64,000 bases of DNA from a virus (lineage: Duplodnaviria; Caudoviricetes), in the IMG/VR virus record IMGVR_UViG_3300037762_000282, positions 4,850 through 68,849 of that record; one strand, given 5' to 3'. Each line of letters begins with the position of its first letter. Within the stretch, counting starts at the first letter, position 1. Under the pieces are notes generated by a model that saw only the letters and a program-made list of their open reading frames with translations, did no database searches and had not been told where the DNA came from. A program made the position numbers and the translations under genes. Of the stretch, positions 1 to 10,314 are shown one piece after another.

Positions 1-1
1 C

Positions 2-280
2 GACACCGCCTGGGCGCTCCTGGTGAACCCAGTCAAAAACAACACCACCATGCAGGCGGGCATCTCGGTCAAGGACAAGCAGGGGAATCGAATGTTCTTC
101 TTCCACCCCGCTTGCCGGCCGCAGGGAGACATCGAGTTCGGCACCCGCGGAACGACCGTCTTCCATCCCCTGACGTTCCCGATCCACGACCCGGTCAAGG
201 ACGGTACGTCCATCTACAACGCAGCCGGCTTCGGTTACCAGCATGCGATGTTCTTCGTGCCGGTCGAGGCGCTGCCGTAG
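2..280 (+). CDS. Major tail (tube) protein, C-terminal fragment (copy 1)
   Basis: Identical in protein to the C-terminus of 61463..62695, and lies directly upstream of TAC and TMP. Confidence 0.8.
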   Translation, partial: DTAWALLVNPVKNNTTMQAGISVKDKQGNRMFFFHPACRPQGDIEFGTRGTTVFHPLTFPIHDPVKDGTSIYNAAGFGYQHAMFFVPVEALP

Positions 281-289
281 GGAGGTCTG

Positions 290-1009
290 ATGAGCAACGA
301 AACCAACGGCGCCGCACGGGCTGTCGAAGACGAGTCCGCGGGCGCCACCATCTCAGTCAACCTGCCGAAGGGTGCGGATGCCAGGGAAGCAGCGCGCCGG
401 GCAGTGAAGGCCGGTGCCGCGCTGGTCCTCGAGAAGGACATCCCCGTTCCCGCCAACGTCGCCGAGCTGTTCCGCATGGAAGAGGAGGGATGGCCGTCGG
501 TGCTGGCCTTCCCCTCCCCCGCTGGACCTGTGGCGTTTCGTCTCCTCATCAGCAACAGCCTGGAAGTCCGGGAGGCGATGCAGAAGGCCGCCGAGCAGCA
601 CAGCCGCGACTACACCGCCTGGTACGAGCTGCTGAAAGAGAAGCAAAAGCAGATCAACGACGCGAAGGCCGAGTACGACGCCAGCGAGGACAAGGACGAA
701 TCGAACGCACGCACGAAGGCCCTGCTCGAGGAGTCTGTCGAGCTGCTGAAGGACGGACAGCGCATCGCCGAAGGCGACTACGGCCGCGTGTTCGATACCG
801 GCGTCATCACCGGCTGGAAAGAGGAAGAGATCGGCCTACCCTTCAGCCGCGAGAACTTCGTCTCCCTCGCCACCCGCTCCGGCGGTGCCCTGGTGCAGGG
901 TGTCCGCGCCCGCTTCAGACAGCTCGTGCAGCCCAGGTTGGAGGTCCTGGACAGCGAGGGGGAAGCCTCATCGCCCGAGCAGGATGGTACGGCCAGCTCG
1001 GGCGGCTGA
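290..1009 (+). CDS. Tail assembly chaperone (lambda G-like)
   Basis: Sits between tube and tape-measure genes, has a GGAGG RBS, and has a GGGGGAA slippery site near its 3' end. Confidence 0.75.
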   Translation: MSNETNGAARAVEDESAGATISVNLPKGADAREAARRAVKAGAALVLEKDIPVPANVAELFRMEEEGWPSVLAFPSPAGPVAFRLLISNSLEVREAMQKAAEQHSRDYTAWYELLKEKQKQINDAKAEYDASEDKDESNARTKALLEESVELLKDGQRIAEGDYGRVFDTGVITGWKEEEIGLPFSRENFVSLATRSGGALVQGVRARFRQLVQPRLEVLDSEGEASSPEQDGTASSGG

Positions 1010-1311
1010 AGGAAAGCGACCTGGAGACGGAGTACGAGCTATTCCTAGAGGGGGCAACCGATACCCTTTACGGACGGGAGCCTAGCCCACGGCCGATCCT
1101 CTCGTTTCTGGAGGATGAGTTCTGGGATGTTGACCGCGACGTCAACGGCGGACTCTCTCGCATGTGCATCGATCACGCCCTGGCTCAGCGTGCCGAGCGT
1201 TGGCCGGAGTTGGGTCACCCCGCGGCCATGAGGATTTGCCGCAGCATCCTCCGGCAGATGAACATCAAGTACAGGGAAGAGAAGCGGGCCGATGTCGCAG
1301 CTGATCGTTGA
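958..1311 (+). CDS. -1 frameshift extension of the tail assembly chaperone (GT-like)
   Basis: G GGG GAA at 958..964; the -1 frame is open to 1311 and is conserved with synonymous changes in copy 2. Confidence 0.75.
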   Translation, partial: GGSLIARAGWYGQLGRLKESDLETEYELFLEGATDTLYGREPSPRPILSFLEDEFWDVDRDVNGGLSRMCIDHALAQRAERWPELGHPAAMRICRSILRQMNIKYREEKRADVAADR

Positions 1312-4300
1312 AGTCAACGACAAGGACTCCATCAAGCGGGTCGTTGCCGCGCTCAAGGGGCTCGGCGTCACCGGCGATCAGGTCAAGGCCAAGGTCGGCG
1401 GCGTCGGCAAGCCTCTGTCCGACCTTGAGCGGACCGGTGTCCCCGCTGTTGACGGTCTGATCGGAAAGTTCAAGGGCCTCGGTCCGGCAGCGATTGCTGC
1501 GGCGGTTGCGATCGGTGGCGTCGTCCTCGGCATCAAGCTATTCACCGCGGCCGTCTCCGCCGCCAAGCGCGTGCTCGATGAGGGAGTGCGGGCGTGGGCT
1601 CCCTACGAGCAGGGCCTGCGCAACGTCGGCGCCGTCTCTGGCGCAACGCGATCCGAGATCGATCAGCTTTCGGATGCTGCCCTAGCCCTTGCCTCAGCGA
1701 CTCGGTTCTCCCCGTCGCAGGTGACGGAGGGCCTGTACGCGCTGGCGAGCGCGGGGCAGCAAACGCACGAGCAGCTTGCCAGTCTCCCCGCGGTCCTCAA
1801 CTTCGCCGAGGCCGCGCAAGCCGACCTCGGCTTGTCGACGGAACTGGTGACCTCAGCGCTCGCCAACTTCGATCTAGGTGCTTCCGAAAGCGCCCGCATC
1901 GCCGACGTTTACACCGCAGCGATCGGTAGCTCGGCGCTGAACGCCCAGCGGCTCAAGATCGCGATGTCTCAGGCCGGACCGGCTGGCGCCGCACTGGGTC
2001 AGTCGCTTGAGAGCACGACGGCGGCCGTAGCGATCCTCACCACGTCCCTCGGCAACGGCGAGAAGGCCGGCACCGGCTTCCGCGGCATGGCGCTGGCCCT
2101 GATCGACAAGGCGGAGGAACTGGGGGTCGCCGCGGTCGATTCCGCAGGCAACTTCCGCCCGCTGGTGGACATCATCCGCGACGTCGAGGCCGCCGGCATC
2201 CCGACGACCAAGCTCCTCAGCATCATGGGTGCCGAGGCTGGGCCGGCGCTCGCCATTCTGGTGAGGCAGGGCGCCGACGCGCTGGAGACCATGACCGAGC
2301 GGATCCAGTCCACCGGTCAGGCCGCGAAGGTGGCCGGCGAGCAGCTCGACACCCTTCAGGGCGACCTGGACATCCTCGCCAGCAAGCAAGAGGAGTTCTG
2401 GGTTCTGCTCGGGCAGTCGACCACCGAAGGGTCTCGCATCATCACCCAGGCGCAGACGGAGTTCTGGCAGGCTCTGGTCGATACGATCAATGACGGCAGC
2501 GGAGATATCGGCGCTGCTTATGTCGAGATGGCGCGGCTGATCGAGGACGCCATCGGCGTTGCCGTTAAGGCCACGAAGACCCTGGGTCCAGTGTTGGTTG
2601 ATCAGACCTACTCGATCCGCGGCGCACTGGAAGAGCTGAAGTCCGAGGCCCAGGTATTGAAGGTCGCGGCGATCGCCCTGTCCACTCCGCTAATCATGTG
2701 GAGCGATATATTCAAGGCGCTGTTCCCCTCTATCAATCAGTCGGCTGTTGCCTTGACTGGCCTGGCCACTGTGATCCGCATGTTTCCCGGCGGTGACTTT
2801 ATCGTCAACTCCGGAATACGTGCGGCAGCCCTAAAGCTAGAAGCCCAAGCCGCGGCCGAAGCCAAGGAGGCGGCGGCCAAGCTGGATCAGGAGTACAGCG
2901 ATCTGTCCGCGATCGACCTCGGCGACCCGGCGTCGATCGAAAGGATCAACAAGGCGCTGGCCGAGGCTGCTAAGCGAGCGGCAGCCGAGAAGAAGGAGGT
3001 CGAAGATCTACAGCGCGCCGCCGAGTCCCTGGAAAAGCATCGCGAGGAGGCTGCGGCTGCCCACAAGCTGCGAGTAGCCGAGGAGCTGCGCGACAGCAAG
3101 TCGAGGCGCGAGGAGCTGGAAAAGGTAATCGAGCAGCTGGAGCTGGAGCTGAATCTCCGGCGTGCCCTGATAGAAATGGGCGGGTTCCAGGACCTTACGA
3201 AGATTGCTCCAGAGTTCGACCCGTTTGCTATCCCAGAGCACGAGCCGTGGGTTCCCGATGAACTGATCACGGAGGGAGAGGAGATCCAGCGGGAAGCAGC
3301 GCGGGTTGCTGTCGAGTTCGAGTTCCTTCTCGCCCGCGCCTTCGATGATATGTCCGTGGGCGATCTGGCGGGTTCCTTTGCCAGTCTCGGCGAAGCCATC
3401 GGCGTCAAGATGGGCGGGGGTTTGAATGAAGCGTTGGAGGCTGCGCTATCCGCCCTGGGGTCGATGATTGGCAGTGTTTTTGACAGTCTGATCAACGACA
3501 CGGAGATCTCAGCAGAGAGTTGGATCGGCTCCATGGGCACTATCATTGGTTCCATCTGGGGGCCTTATGGTGCGGCGATAGGCGGTGCCCTGGGTGGCGC
3601 TCTCGGCGGGTGGATCGACTCTGGCAGCGCGGATGCCGTCACCGGGCAGACAGAGTTCCAGGTCGGAGGAACGCAGCTCGGAATCAATGCTCTAGAGGGC
3701 AGCGTCAAAGCGATCAATGAGGCGTTCGCCCGGATCGAGGAGCTGGTCTCCGGGACGATCGAGAGCACCGAAAAGATCGAGATCAAGACCCGCGCAAACG
3801 GCGAGGTCTGGCTGCGCATCGGCGAGATCATGAACGTCCAGGTCGACAGCGTGGCGGAAGCGCTCGACCTGGCGACGACGTGGCTGCTCAAGACCGCAGA
3901 GTTCAGCGGCGTTCCCGAGCAGGTGCTTCAAGCGCTGGCGCATACGTCGGCCACCACCATCGAAGAGCTGACCCGCGATCTTGCCTTGGCAATGGATATC
4001 GCCCGGCTCGACATGGGGCCGGTGCGCGCCTTCTTCATGGATCTGTTCGATAAGGTTAGTCGTGAGATCGAGCGAGCCATCGAGTTGGGGATCGACCCCG
4101 ACCCCCTGATCAAGAAAGCCGGCGATGATCTGTTGGAGGCGCTGCGCAACGCGACCACGCCGGAGGAACACCAGCAGCTCGCCGAGGAAATCGCCAACCA
4201 GCGCGCCCAGCTCGAGGCGGCGCTGTCTGCGGCTCAGGCCGAGCTGGTGCGGGTGCAGGGGCTGATCCAGCGCTACCTGGAGGGTACGACCCGCCTGCCC

Positions 4301-5737
4301 CAGGCCGTGATCGACAACTTGATGCGGCAGGCGCAGGACATCGCCGCGCAGATCGCCGGGATCGAGGCGCAGCTCGGCCTGCTGCCGACCGACATCCCGG
4401 CCTTCAGCGGGGGTGGAGGCGGTGGCCGTCGTGGTCGCCGCGAGCAGCAGGAGCGCACTAGAGAGGGTCTGCGCGACCAGGTCGAAGGGCTGGAGCGCGG
4501 CGTGCTCGACCCGTTCGCACAGGAGCTGCTCTCCCTCGGCGACATCATCCCGGACCTGACGGCCGAGCTGAACGACGGAAAGCTGTCGGCCGCCGAGTAC
4601 GCCGACCTTCTCGCCCGCGCCACCGCCGCCGTCGACGCCATGGGTCAGGCGCTGGTCGACGACCTGATCGACCGCATCGATGCTCTGGCGCCGTCGGCCG
4701 GGGCGCTGACTGACTCGCTGGCCTCGATCGATGACCAGGTCGCTGCCCTCGCCGCCGAACTGGCGATGCTGGGCGAGGCCGGGCTGATGAGCGCGGACGC
4801 CATTGCCGAGGCGAGCGCGACGCTGGAGGCAAACGCAGAGGCCGCCCGCTTCGCACAAGTCGAGCAGCGCGCGCAGGACGTCCTGTTGCAAGCCCTGACC
4901 TTCCTCGGCCGGGAGGAGGAGGTCGCCCGGCTCCGCTTCCAAATCGACCAGGCGGGCCTGCTGGTCGCCATCGCCGAGCTGGAGCTGGCGCAGGAGAAGT
5001 ACGGGCTGGAGCTGGCGATCTTCGACCAGCTCGGCGGGCTCGCGGCGGAGATCGCGGCGCTGGAGTTCGATCCAAACCTGCTGAGCCAGCCATCGCCGTC
5101 CCCGCCGCCGGCCTTCAACCGTCTCGACTCCGCCGCCAGCGATGCCGCGCGGGCACTGGAAGAGATGGAGCGCCGCCTCGAGCGGGCCAACGAGTCGCTG
5201 CGCGACCTGGTGGACGACCTGTCCCTCGGAGAGGTGGGCGCCGCGGTCTCCCCGCAGCAGGCCCTAGCATTTGCCGAGGCGCGCTATCGCGACACGCTGG
5301 CCCGGGCTCAGGCCGGAGACATCGAAGCCCGGGAAGCGCTGTCGGGGGTGGCCCGCGACTTCCTTGACGTCCTGGGCGACTACTCGCCTGAGCTACTGGC
5401 CCTGGAATCGCCGCGCATCCTCGCCGAGATCCAGCGACTTCTCGGGCTCGGCAGCGCACCGCCCTCGGCCTTGGCGCCCAGCCGCGTGCTCGACGGTGGC
5501 AACCGCTTCGGCGGTGGGCCGGCGGCCGGGGCGGCCGCGACGGCACCAGTGATCGCCGGCCAGCAGCCGGCGGCCGGCCTGGTGGACCTCGGCATCGTCG
5601 CCTCGGCTCAGCTCCACACCCAGCGCGCCATCAAGACCAGCATCGACAACCTCGCCGAACAGCAGCGCCGCGCGATCGACCAGAACGCCCGCTTCCTCGC
5701 CGAGGCACATGCCGAGTACGGAGCCAGAGCATCATGA
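1292..5737 (+). CDS. Tape measure protein (TP901-type core), 1481 aa
   Basis: Long Ala/Gly/Leu-rich helical ORF with a TP901-like segment (RFSPSQVTEGLYALASAGQ...LNFAEAAQADLG), in the expected position after TAC. Confidence 0.92.
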   Translation: MSQLIVEVNDKDSIKRVVAALKGLGVTGDQVKAKVGGVGKPLSDLERTGVPAVDGLIGKFKGLGPAAIAAAVAIGGVVLGIKLFTAAVSAAKRVLDEGVRAWAPYEQGLRNVGAVSGATRSEIDQLSDAALALASATRFSPSQVTEGLYALASAGQQTHEQLASLPAVLNFAEAAQADLGLSTELVTSALANFDLGASESARIADVYTAAIGSSALNAQRLKIAMSQAGPAGAALGQSLESTTAAVAILTTSLGNGEKAGTGFRGMALALIDKAEELGVAAVDSAGNFRPLVDIIRDVEAAGIPTTKLLSIMGAEAGPALAILVRQGADALETMTERIQSTGQAAKVAGEQLDTLQGDLDILASKQEEFWVLLGQSTTEGSRIITQAQTEFWQALVDTINDGSGDIGAAYVEMARLIEDAIGVAVKATKTLGPVLVDQTYSIRGALEELKSEAQVLKVAAIALSTPLIMWSDIFKALFPSINQSAVALTGLATVIRMFPGGDFIVNSGIRAAALKLEAQAAAEAKEAAAKLDQEYSDLSAIDLGDPASIERINKALAEAAKRAAAEKKEVEDLQRAAESLEKHREEAAAAHKLRVAEELRDSKSRREELEKVIEQLELELNLRRALIEMGGFQDLTKIAPEFDPFAIPEHEPWVPDELITEGEEIQREAARVAVEFEFLLARAFDDMSVGDLAGSFASLGEAIGVKMGGGLNEALEAALSALGSMIGSVFDSLINDTEISAESWIGSMGTIIGSIWGPYGAAIGGALGGALGGWIDSGSADAVTGQTEFQVGGTQLGINALEGSVKAINEAFARIEELVSGTIESTEKIEIKTRANGEVWLRIGEIMNVQVDSVAEALDLATTWLLKTAEFSGVPEQVLQALAHTSATTIEELTRDLALAMDIARLDMGPVRAFFMDLFDKVSREIERAIELGIDPDPLIKKAGDDLLEALRNATTPEEHQQLAEEIANQRAQLEAALSAAQAELVRVQGLIQRYLEGTTRLPQAVIDNLMRQAQDIAAQIAGIEAQLGLLPTDIPAFSGGGGGGRRGRREQQERTREGLRDQVEGLERGVLDPFAQELLSLGDIIPDLTAELNDGKLSAAEYADLLARATAAVDAMGQALVDDLIDRIDALAPSAGALTDSLASIDDQVAALAAELAMLGEAGLMSADAIAEASATLEANAEAARFAQVEQRAQDVLLQALTFLGREEEVARLRFQIDQAGLLVAIAELELAQEKYGLELAIFDQLGGLAAEIAALEFDPNLLSQPSPSPPPAFNRLDSAASDAARALEEMERRLERANESLRDLVDDLSLGEVGAAVSPQQALAFAEARYRDTLARAQAGDIEAREALSGVARDFLDVLGDYSPELLALESPRILAEIQRLLGLGSAPPSALAPSRVLDGGNRFGGGPAAGAAATAPVIAGQQPAAGLVDLGIVASAQLHTQRAIKTSIDNLAEQQRRAIDQNARFLAEAHAEYGARAS

Positions 5738-7995
5738 TCGGCGCCGGCATCGCCGAGGTCCCCTACGCCGGCGGGGCGGGAGACCTCGATCCGTTCTCGG
5801 TCGCCGATCCGCTCCCGGGGCTACTGCAGGATCCATCCGTTCCGCGTATCTACCTGTTCCGTTCGGGCGCTTCGGCGGTCGACGTCGATCCGCTCGACGT
5901 CGCAAGCGAGTCGGTGTTCACCGACGGCAAGCAATTCGAGTCGGCGCTGCCGTCGCCCTACTCGTTCGGCGTGGCGTTGCAGGCGCCGGAGTTCGCAGGA
6001 CTGGCCCGCACCAGGCCCTCGAACGTTGTAGTCAAGAACCCCGGCGGTCAGTACGACGCTCATGCCGGGATCGAATGGCTGGGCGCTTCCGCCGAGATCT
6101 ACCTCGGACCGCGGGGAGCGCGTCAACAGCAAGACTTCGCCCGCTTCACCCGCATCCTGAACGGGGTGAGCAAGGAAGTCGTTTTCGACCCCGACACCAT
6201 CACCGTCATCCTGCGCGATCAGGCGTTCGCCATGGAGCAGCGGTTCGCCGAAGAGCTGTTCATGGGGACGGGGGCGTGCCTGCGCTTCGATGCCAGCGGC
6301 GATTGGGTGGACTACGGCGACGCCCTGGACAAGGGGTCCGGCGACTCGTTCACCGCGGAGATCCTGGTGCGGATGACGAGCACCGGGGGCTTCAAGGCGC
6401 TGATGGGTAAGCGATCCGGAGGTTCGCCAAACGCAGGCTGGCTGTGCTTCACCGATACCGCTAACTCGATCCGCTTCCAGGTCTCGGACGGGGTGAACGG
6501 CGTCAGTACCGAATTCTCGGACGCCGACCTTTGGAACGGCAAGTGGCATCGTGTCACGATGGTGGTCGACCGCTCCCTGCAGGTAATACGGGCCTACGCC
6601 GACGGTGAACTCCGTGCGACCTCTACCTCCATCGCGGGCGTCGGCTCGCTCGCCAACGCCGTGCCGTTGCGGGTGGGCGCGCGGGGCGACGACTTGACCG
6701 TAATGGACGGAGACCTCGACGACTTCCGAATGTGGGGAGCCGTTCGCGGGCAGATCGCCATCGCAGACGACGCCTTCGGCGAGCTTGAGGGTTCGGAGGG
6801 TGGTCTCGACCTCTACAGCAAGTACAACGAGGGCTCCGGGGGCTCAGCGCTCGATTCCAGCGGCAACGGGCTCACCGGCACGATCACCGGCGCGACGTGG
6901 ATCGGATCGCTTGAGGGCGATGCCGCAACCGCCGGGCGAGTGAAGCCGGACGCCTACGGACTGCGTCGACAGGTCGGCCCTGTCCTGGTCGATCCGCAGC
7001 GCGGCATCTGGCAGGTCCACACCCGGTCCTGCGAGGCGATCGACGCCACTAGAGTCAACGGTGACGACTTCACCTTGGGCGCCGACGTCGCCGATATCTT
7101 CTCGGCGGTTCCCTCGGCCGGCACGTACAACGTAGCGCGGACCGCGGTCGGCACCTACATCCGCATGAACGTCAGCGGAACCGAGCACGAGGGGCGGATC
7201 ACCTGCGACGTTCGCGGCGACAACTCAGGCACCTTGGGCTATCAGGACACGGTGTCCGGCATCGGGCGCAAGATTCTGACCGAGCGGTGCGGTTTCGACG
7301 GGCTCGACGATCTGGTGCTGACGACCTTCAACGCGCTCGAGGCGGCGCAGCCGGCGGTGGTCGGCTACTACTTCGATGAGGAAGCAAGCCGCGCCGAGAT
7401 CCTGCATAGAGTCATGGCGGGCGCGATGTGCTGGGCGGTGATGAACCGCGCCTCCGCTTGGGAGGTGGGACGCATCGGCGATCCCGACGGTCTGACTCCG
7501 ACGGTTACGTTCGACGTCGACAGCGACGCCGTCGAGACACTGCCGTCGACGCCGATCTCCGTGCTGCCTAGAGAGGTGCGGGTCTCGCACCGCCCCTACC
7601 ACCAGACGCTCGATCCTGAACAGGTGGCAACCGGCGTCGACGCCGCAGTGCGTGACGACTTCGGCAAGGACGTCCGGTGGGGATCGCGCCGGGCCTCCAA
7701 CTTCTTCGACCTCCCGGACGACGCCGCCGTTCTGGAGATCCACTCCGCATTCGATACCAAGGCCGACGCCCGCGCTGAGGCGCAGCGCATTCTGGACTGG
7801 CTGGCTCTCAAGCCCCGCCTCTACCCTCTGAGGCTCAAGCAAGGGGCTCTGGCGCACTACGTCGGCACGCTGGCCAGCCTGGTCTGGAGCCGGTACGGCC
7901 TATCGTCCGGCAAGTCCTGCTGGGTGGTAGCCGTGGATGAAACCGGCGGGACGAACGCCGAGGCCGACACCGTCGAGGTAACGCTCTGTGGCTAA
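5734..7995 (+). CDS. Tail tip/hub protein with a LamG/concanavalin-like domain
   Basis: Follows TMP with an ATGA overlap; LamG-like motifs WHRVTMVVDR, MDGDLDDFRMW, GNGLTGTITGATW. Confidence 0.7.
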   Translation: MIGAGIAEVPYAGGAGDLDPFSVADPLPGLLQDPSVPRIYLFRSGASAVDVDPLDVASESVFTDGKQFESALPSPYSFGVALQAPEFAGLARTRPSNVVVKNPGGQYDAHAGIEWLGASAEIYLGPRGARQQQDFARFTRILNGVSKEVVFDPDTITVILRDQAFAMEQRFAEELFMGTGACLRFDASGDWVDYGDALDKGSGDSFTAEILVRMTSTGGFKALMGKRSGGSPNAGWLCFTDTANSIRFQVSDGVNGVSTEFSDADLWNGKWHRVTMVVDRSLQVIRAYADGELRATSTSIAGVGSLANAVPLRVGARGDDLTVMDGDLDDFRMWGAVRGQIAIADDAFGELEGSEGGLDLYSKYNEGSGGSALDSSGNGLTGTITGATWIGSLEGDAATAGRVKPDAYGLRRQVGPVLVDPQRGIWQVHTRSCEAIDATRVNGDDFTLGADVADIFSAVPSAGTYNVARTAVGTYIRMNVSGTEHEGRITCDVRGDNSGTLGYQDTVSGIGRKILTERCGFDGLDDLVLTTFNALEAAQPAVVGYYFDEEASRAEILHRVMAGAMCWAVMNRASAWEVGRIGDPDGLTPTVTFDVDSDAVETLPSTPISVLPREVRVSHRPYHQTLDPEQVATGVDAAVRDDFGKDVRWGSRRASNFFDLPDDAAVLEIHSAFDTKADARAEAQRILDWLALKPRLYPLRLKQGALAHYVGTLASLVWSRYGLSSGKSCWVVAVDETGGTNAEADTVEVTLCG

Positions 7996-8815
7996 CTCCT
8001 TCGTTCTCTCGCCCCGCGGCAGCGACCCCGCCACCATCTCGGCGAGCGACAACGCCGCCGGGACCTCCGCGACCAATCTACTGCTACCGCGGCCGTCGCA
8101 GCTTTGGCAAAGCCAGGTGGACAACCCGGCGGTGCTGGTCGACCTCGGCAGCGCGAAGTCGGTGGACACCCTCTTACTCGGCTACCTCAACGGGGTGAGC
8201 GGCGACGTCTTCCGCCTCCGCGGCGCCGACACCGAGGCCAACCTGACCGCGGCGCCGACGTACGATTCCGACAACGACCATCCGTCGGGGGTCACGGCGT
8301 GGCCGGCGGGCTCCGATCTATCGGCCTACGATCTCCATCACCGGCATTTCGAGTTGGATGCCACCTACACGCTGCGATGGTGGCGGGTGGACTTCAACTT
8401 CGGTGGTAACCCCGACGGCTTCGTCCGTGCTGGTCGCCTGATCCTTGGCGAGCGGGTGGAACCCGCGCACCCCGTGATCTACCCCGCGGCGCTGACCGCC
8501 ACTGAGGCGGTAGCCGAGACGGTGGACTTCGGAGGCGAGGAGAGTCCCCGGCCGCGCGGCACAAAGCGGGCTGTGGGCGCTACCTTCGCGTGGGCGACGA
8601 AGGCTGAGGCGATCATCTTCTACCGCATGATGCTGTGGCTTGGCTCGCATCACGACGTCGCGATCGTGCTGGACAAGACCGACGACGTCGCCCACATGGA
8701 GGTCACCTACTTGGGCCGGGTCAAAGAACCGCAGATCATCAACGCAACGAGCTTCAACCGCTGGGCGGTGACGTTCGAGGTGTCGGAGCTGGGGCCGATC
8801 CCCATGGCCGACTAG
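7988..8815 (+). CDS. Minor tail protein
   Basis: Position in the tail operon; beta-rich 275 aa ORF. Confidence 0.55.
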   Translation: MANSFVLSPRGSDPATISASDNAAGTSATNLLLPRPSQLWQSQVDNPAVLVDLGSAKSVDTLLLGYLNGVSGDVFRLRGADTEANLTAAPTYDSDNDHPSGVTAWPAGSDLSAYDLHHRHFELDATYTLRWWRVDFNFGGNPDGFVRAGRLILGERVEPAHPVIYPAALTATEAVAETVDFGGEESPRPRGTKRAVGATFAWATKAEAIIFYRMMLWLGSHHDVAIVLDKTDDVAHMEVTYLGRVKEPQIINATSFNRWAVTFEVSELGPIPMAD

Positions 8816-8823
8816 GAGGATAG

Positions 8824-9861
8824 ATGGCGCTACGCTTCCCCGCTCGCACCCGTTCCGCTACTGCCACCGCGGGCTCCGGTACCTACACGCTGACCGAGGC
8901 AACCTCCGACGGCTGGCGCAACCTGACGCAGGCGGTGGCGGACGGCGACCTCGCCAACGGTGACCAGGTGGCCTACTGCGTCGTGGACACCACGGTGGTC
9001 GGAGACGTCGTCCTCGAGATCGGGCTCGGCACCTGGGACAACACGGCAAAGACGCTGACCCGAGACACCGTCCACCAGCCCAACGCTACGGCCGTGAGCT
9101 GGGGCGCCGGCACCCGGGACGTCCTGGTGATCGACCCCGTGATGCTGGCGGTCCTGACGCTGGGCGATCAGACCGTAGCCGGGGTGAAGACCTTCACCTC
9201 CGTGCTCCGTGCTCAGCTCGCCGGGACGCCGTTCGGGGCCGACAGCTCGACACCGCTGGTCGTCCAGAACAGCGGGACCGCGGGCGCGACTTGCCGGGCA
9301 GCGATCATCGCCGGAAACACCGGGGTGTCCGACCTCGACTTCGGCGACACGGACAATCAGTACGCAGCCCGGATCTTCTTCACGCACTCGACGGAGGTGC
9401 TGTCGTTCCTGACGGCGGGATCGGTGCGGGCATCGCTCAGCTCGGCGGGGCTGAAGGATGCGGCGGGAAACCCCTACATCGCGCTGCCGGGCGGCGGGGT
9501 TACTGCGATGGTCTTCCGGCAGGCCGCGGCGCCGACCGGGTGGACGAAGAGCACGGCCGACAACGACTCCTGCCTCCGCGTCGTGAGCGGCACGCCTGGG
9601 GCGAGCGGGGGGTCGCGAGCGATCAGCGCCACGGTGGTCGGCGGAACGGCTATCAGCCTTAGCCAGACCCCGCCGCACACGCACACCGTATTTCACACCG
9701 AGGCGGCGGTGGACAGCGGGGCGGGGATCGTTACGGGCCGAGTCTTGGCGACCGCGGGGGGCGGGGCCGACCAGCAGACCGAGTCATCCGGCTCTGGCAG
9801 CTCCCACGACCACGCGCTCGCGCTCAAGTACGTTGACTGCCTGGTCGCAACAAAAAACTAG
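8824..9861 (+). CDS. Tail fibre / receptor-binding protein
   Basis: N-terminal TATAGSGTYTL adaptor-like motif; C-terminal FRQAAAPTGWTK..HTH collar-like motif; strong RBS. Confidence 0.7.
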   Translation: MALRFPARTRSATATAGSGTYTLTEATSDGWRNLTQAVADGDLANGDQVAYCVVDTTVVGDVVLEIGLGTWDNTAKTLTRDTVHQPNATAVSWGAGTRDVLVIDPVMLAVLTLGDQTVAGVKTFTSVLRAQLAGTPFGADSSTPLVVQNSGTAGATCRAAIIAGNTGVSDLDFGDTDNQYAARIFFTHSTEVLSFLTAGSVRASLSSAGLKDAAGNPYIALPGGGVTAMVFRQAAAPTGWTKSTADNDSCLRVVSGTPGASGGSRAISATVVGGTAISLSQTPPHTHTVFHTEAAVDSGAGIVTGRVLATAGGGADQQTESSGSGSSHDHALALKYVDCLVATKN

Positions 9862-9873
9862 GAGGGGTAGAGC

Positions 9874-10314
9874 ATGAGTGATTCACCGGACCGCTTCCGA
9901 ATGTGCCGGGCTTGCCCGAACCGGCACCAGGCAGATCTCGCCGAGGCCGTGGGCGAGGGAGCGCTCGCAGAGCGCATCCGCGCGGCAGGGTGCGGGTGGT
10001 GGCAGGAGGGGATTCCGAGCGTCGACCCTCAGCTCGGCTTCATGGCGTCGCCCACCTGGACGGGGTGCTTCGCGCCGCTGATCCCGACGTACCTGATCGC
10101 GCTCTCCCGGGATGCAGCGCACTCGGCGGCGGCGTTCAACGTAGCCCGCGACCGGGTGCTCGAGCTGGCCGCCAGTAACGGGGGAGCGCGAGCCCTGCAT
10201 GAGTTGGCGCTCGTGGGACTCGCCACCGTGGCGGGCAGCAAGGCGGTCGAGGCCAGTGAGCCGTCCCTGGCGATTGGTGACGGCTCACCGGGAGCGGCAG
10301 GCGGCGGCGACTAG
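9874..10314 (+). CDS. Hypothetical protein with Cys motifs (possible fibre accessory)
   Basis: RBS AGGAGG; CxxC motif; follows the fibre gene. Confidence 0.5.
   Translation: MSDSPDRFRMCRACPNRHQADLAEAVGEGALAERIRAAGCGWWQEGIPSVDPQLGFMASPTWTGCFAPLIPTYLIALSRDAAHSAAAFNVARDRVLELAASNGGARALHELALVGLATVAGSKAVEASEPSLAIGDGSPGAAGGGD

Larger units (their letters stand above)
1..1607 (+). repeat. Copy 1 of a diverged direct repeat (tail tube 3' end, TAC, TMP 5' end)
   Basis: Aligns by eye with 62416..64000. There are 11 substitutions in the first 280 nt, all silent, plus indels around the TAC start. Confidence 0.95.
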
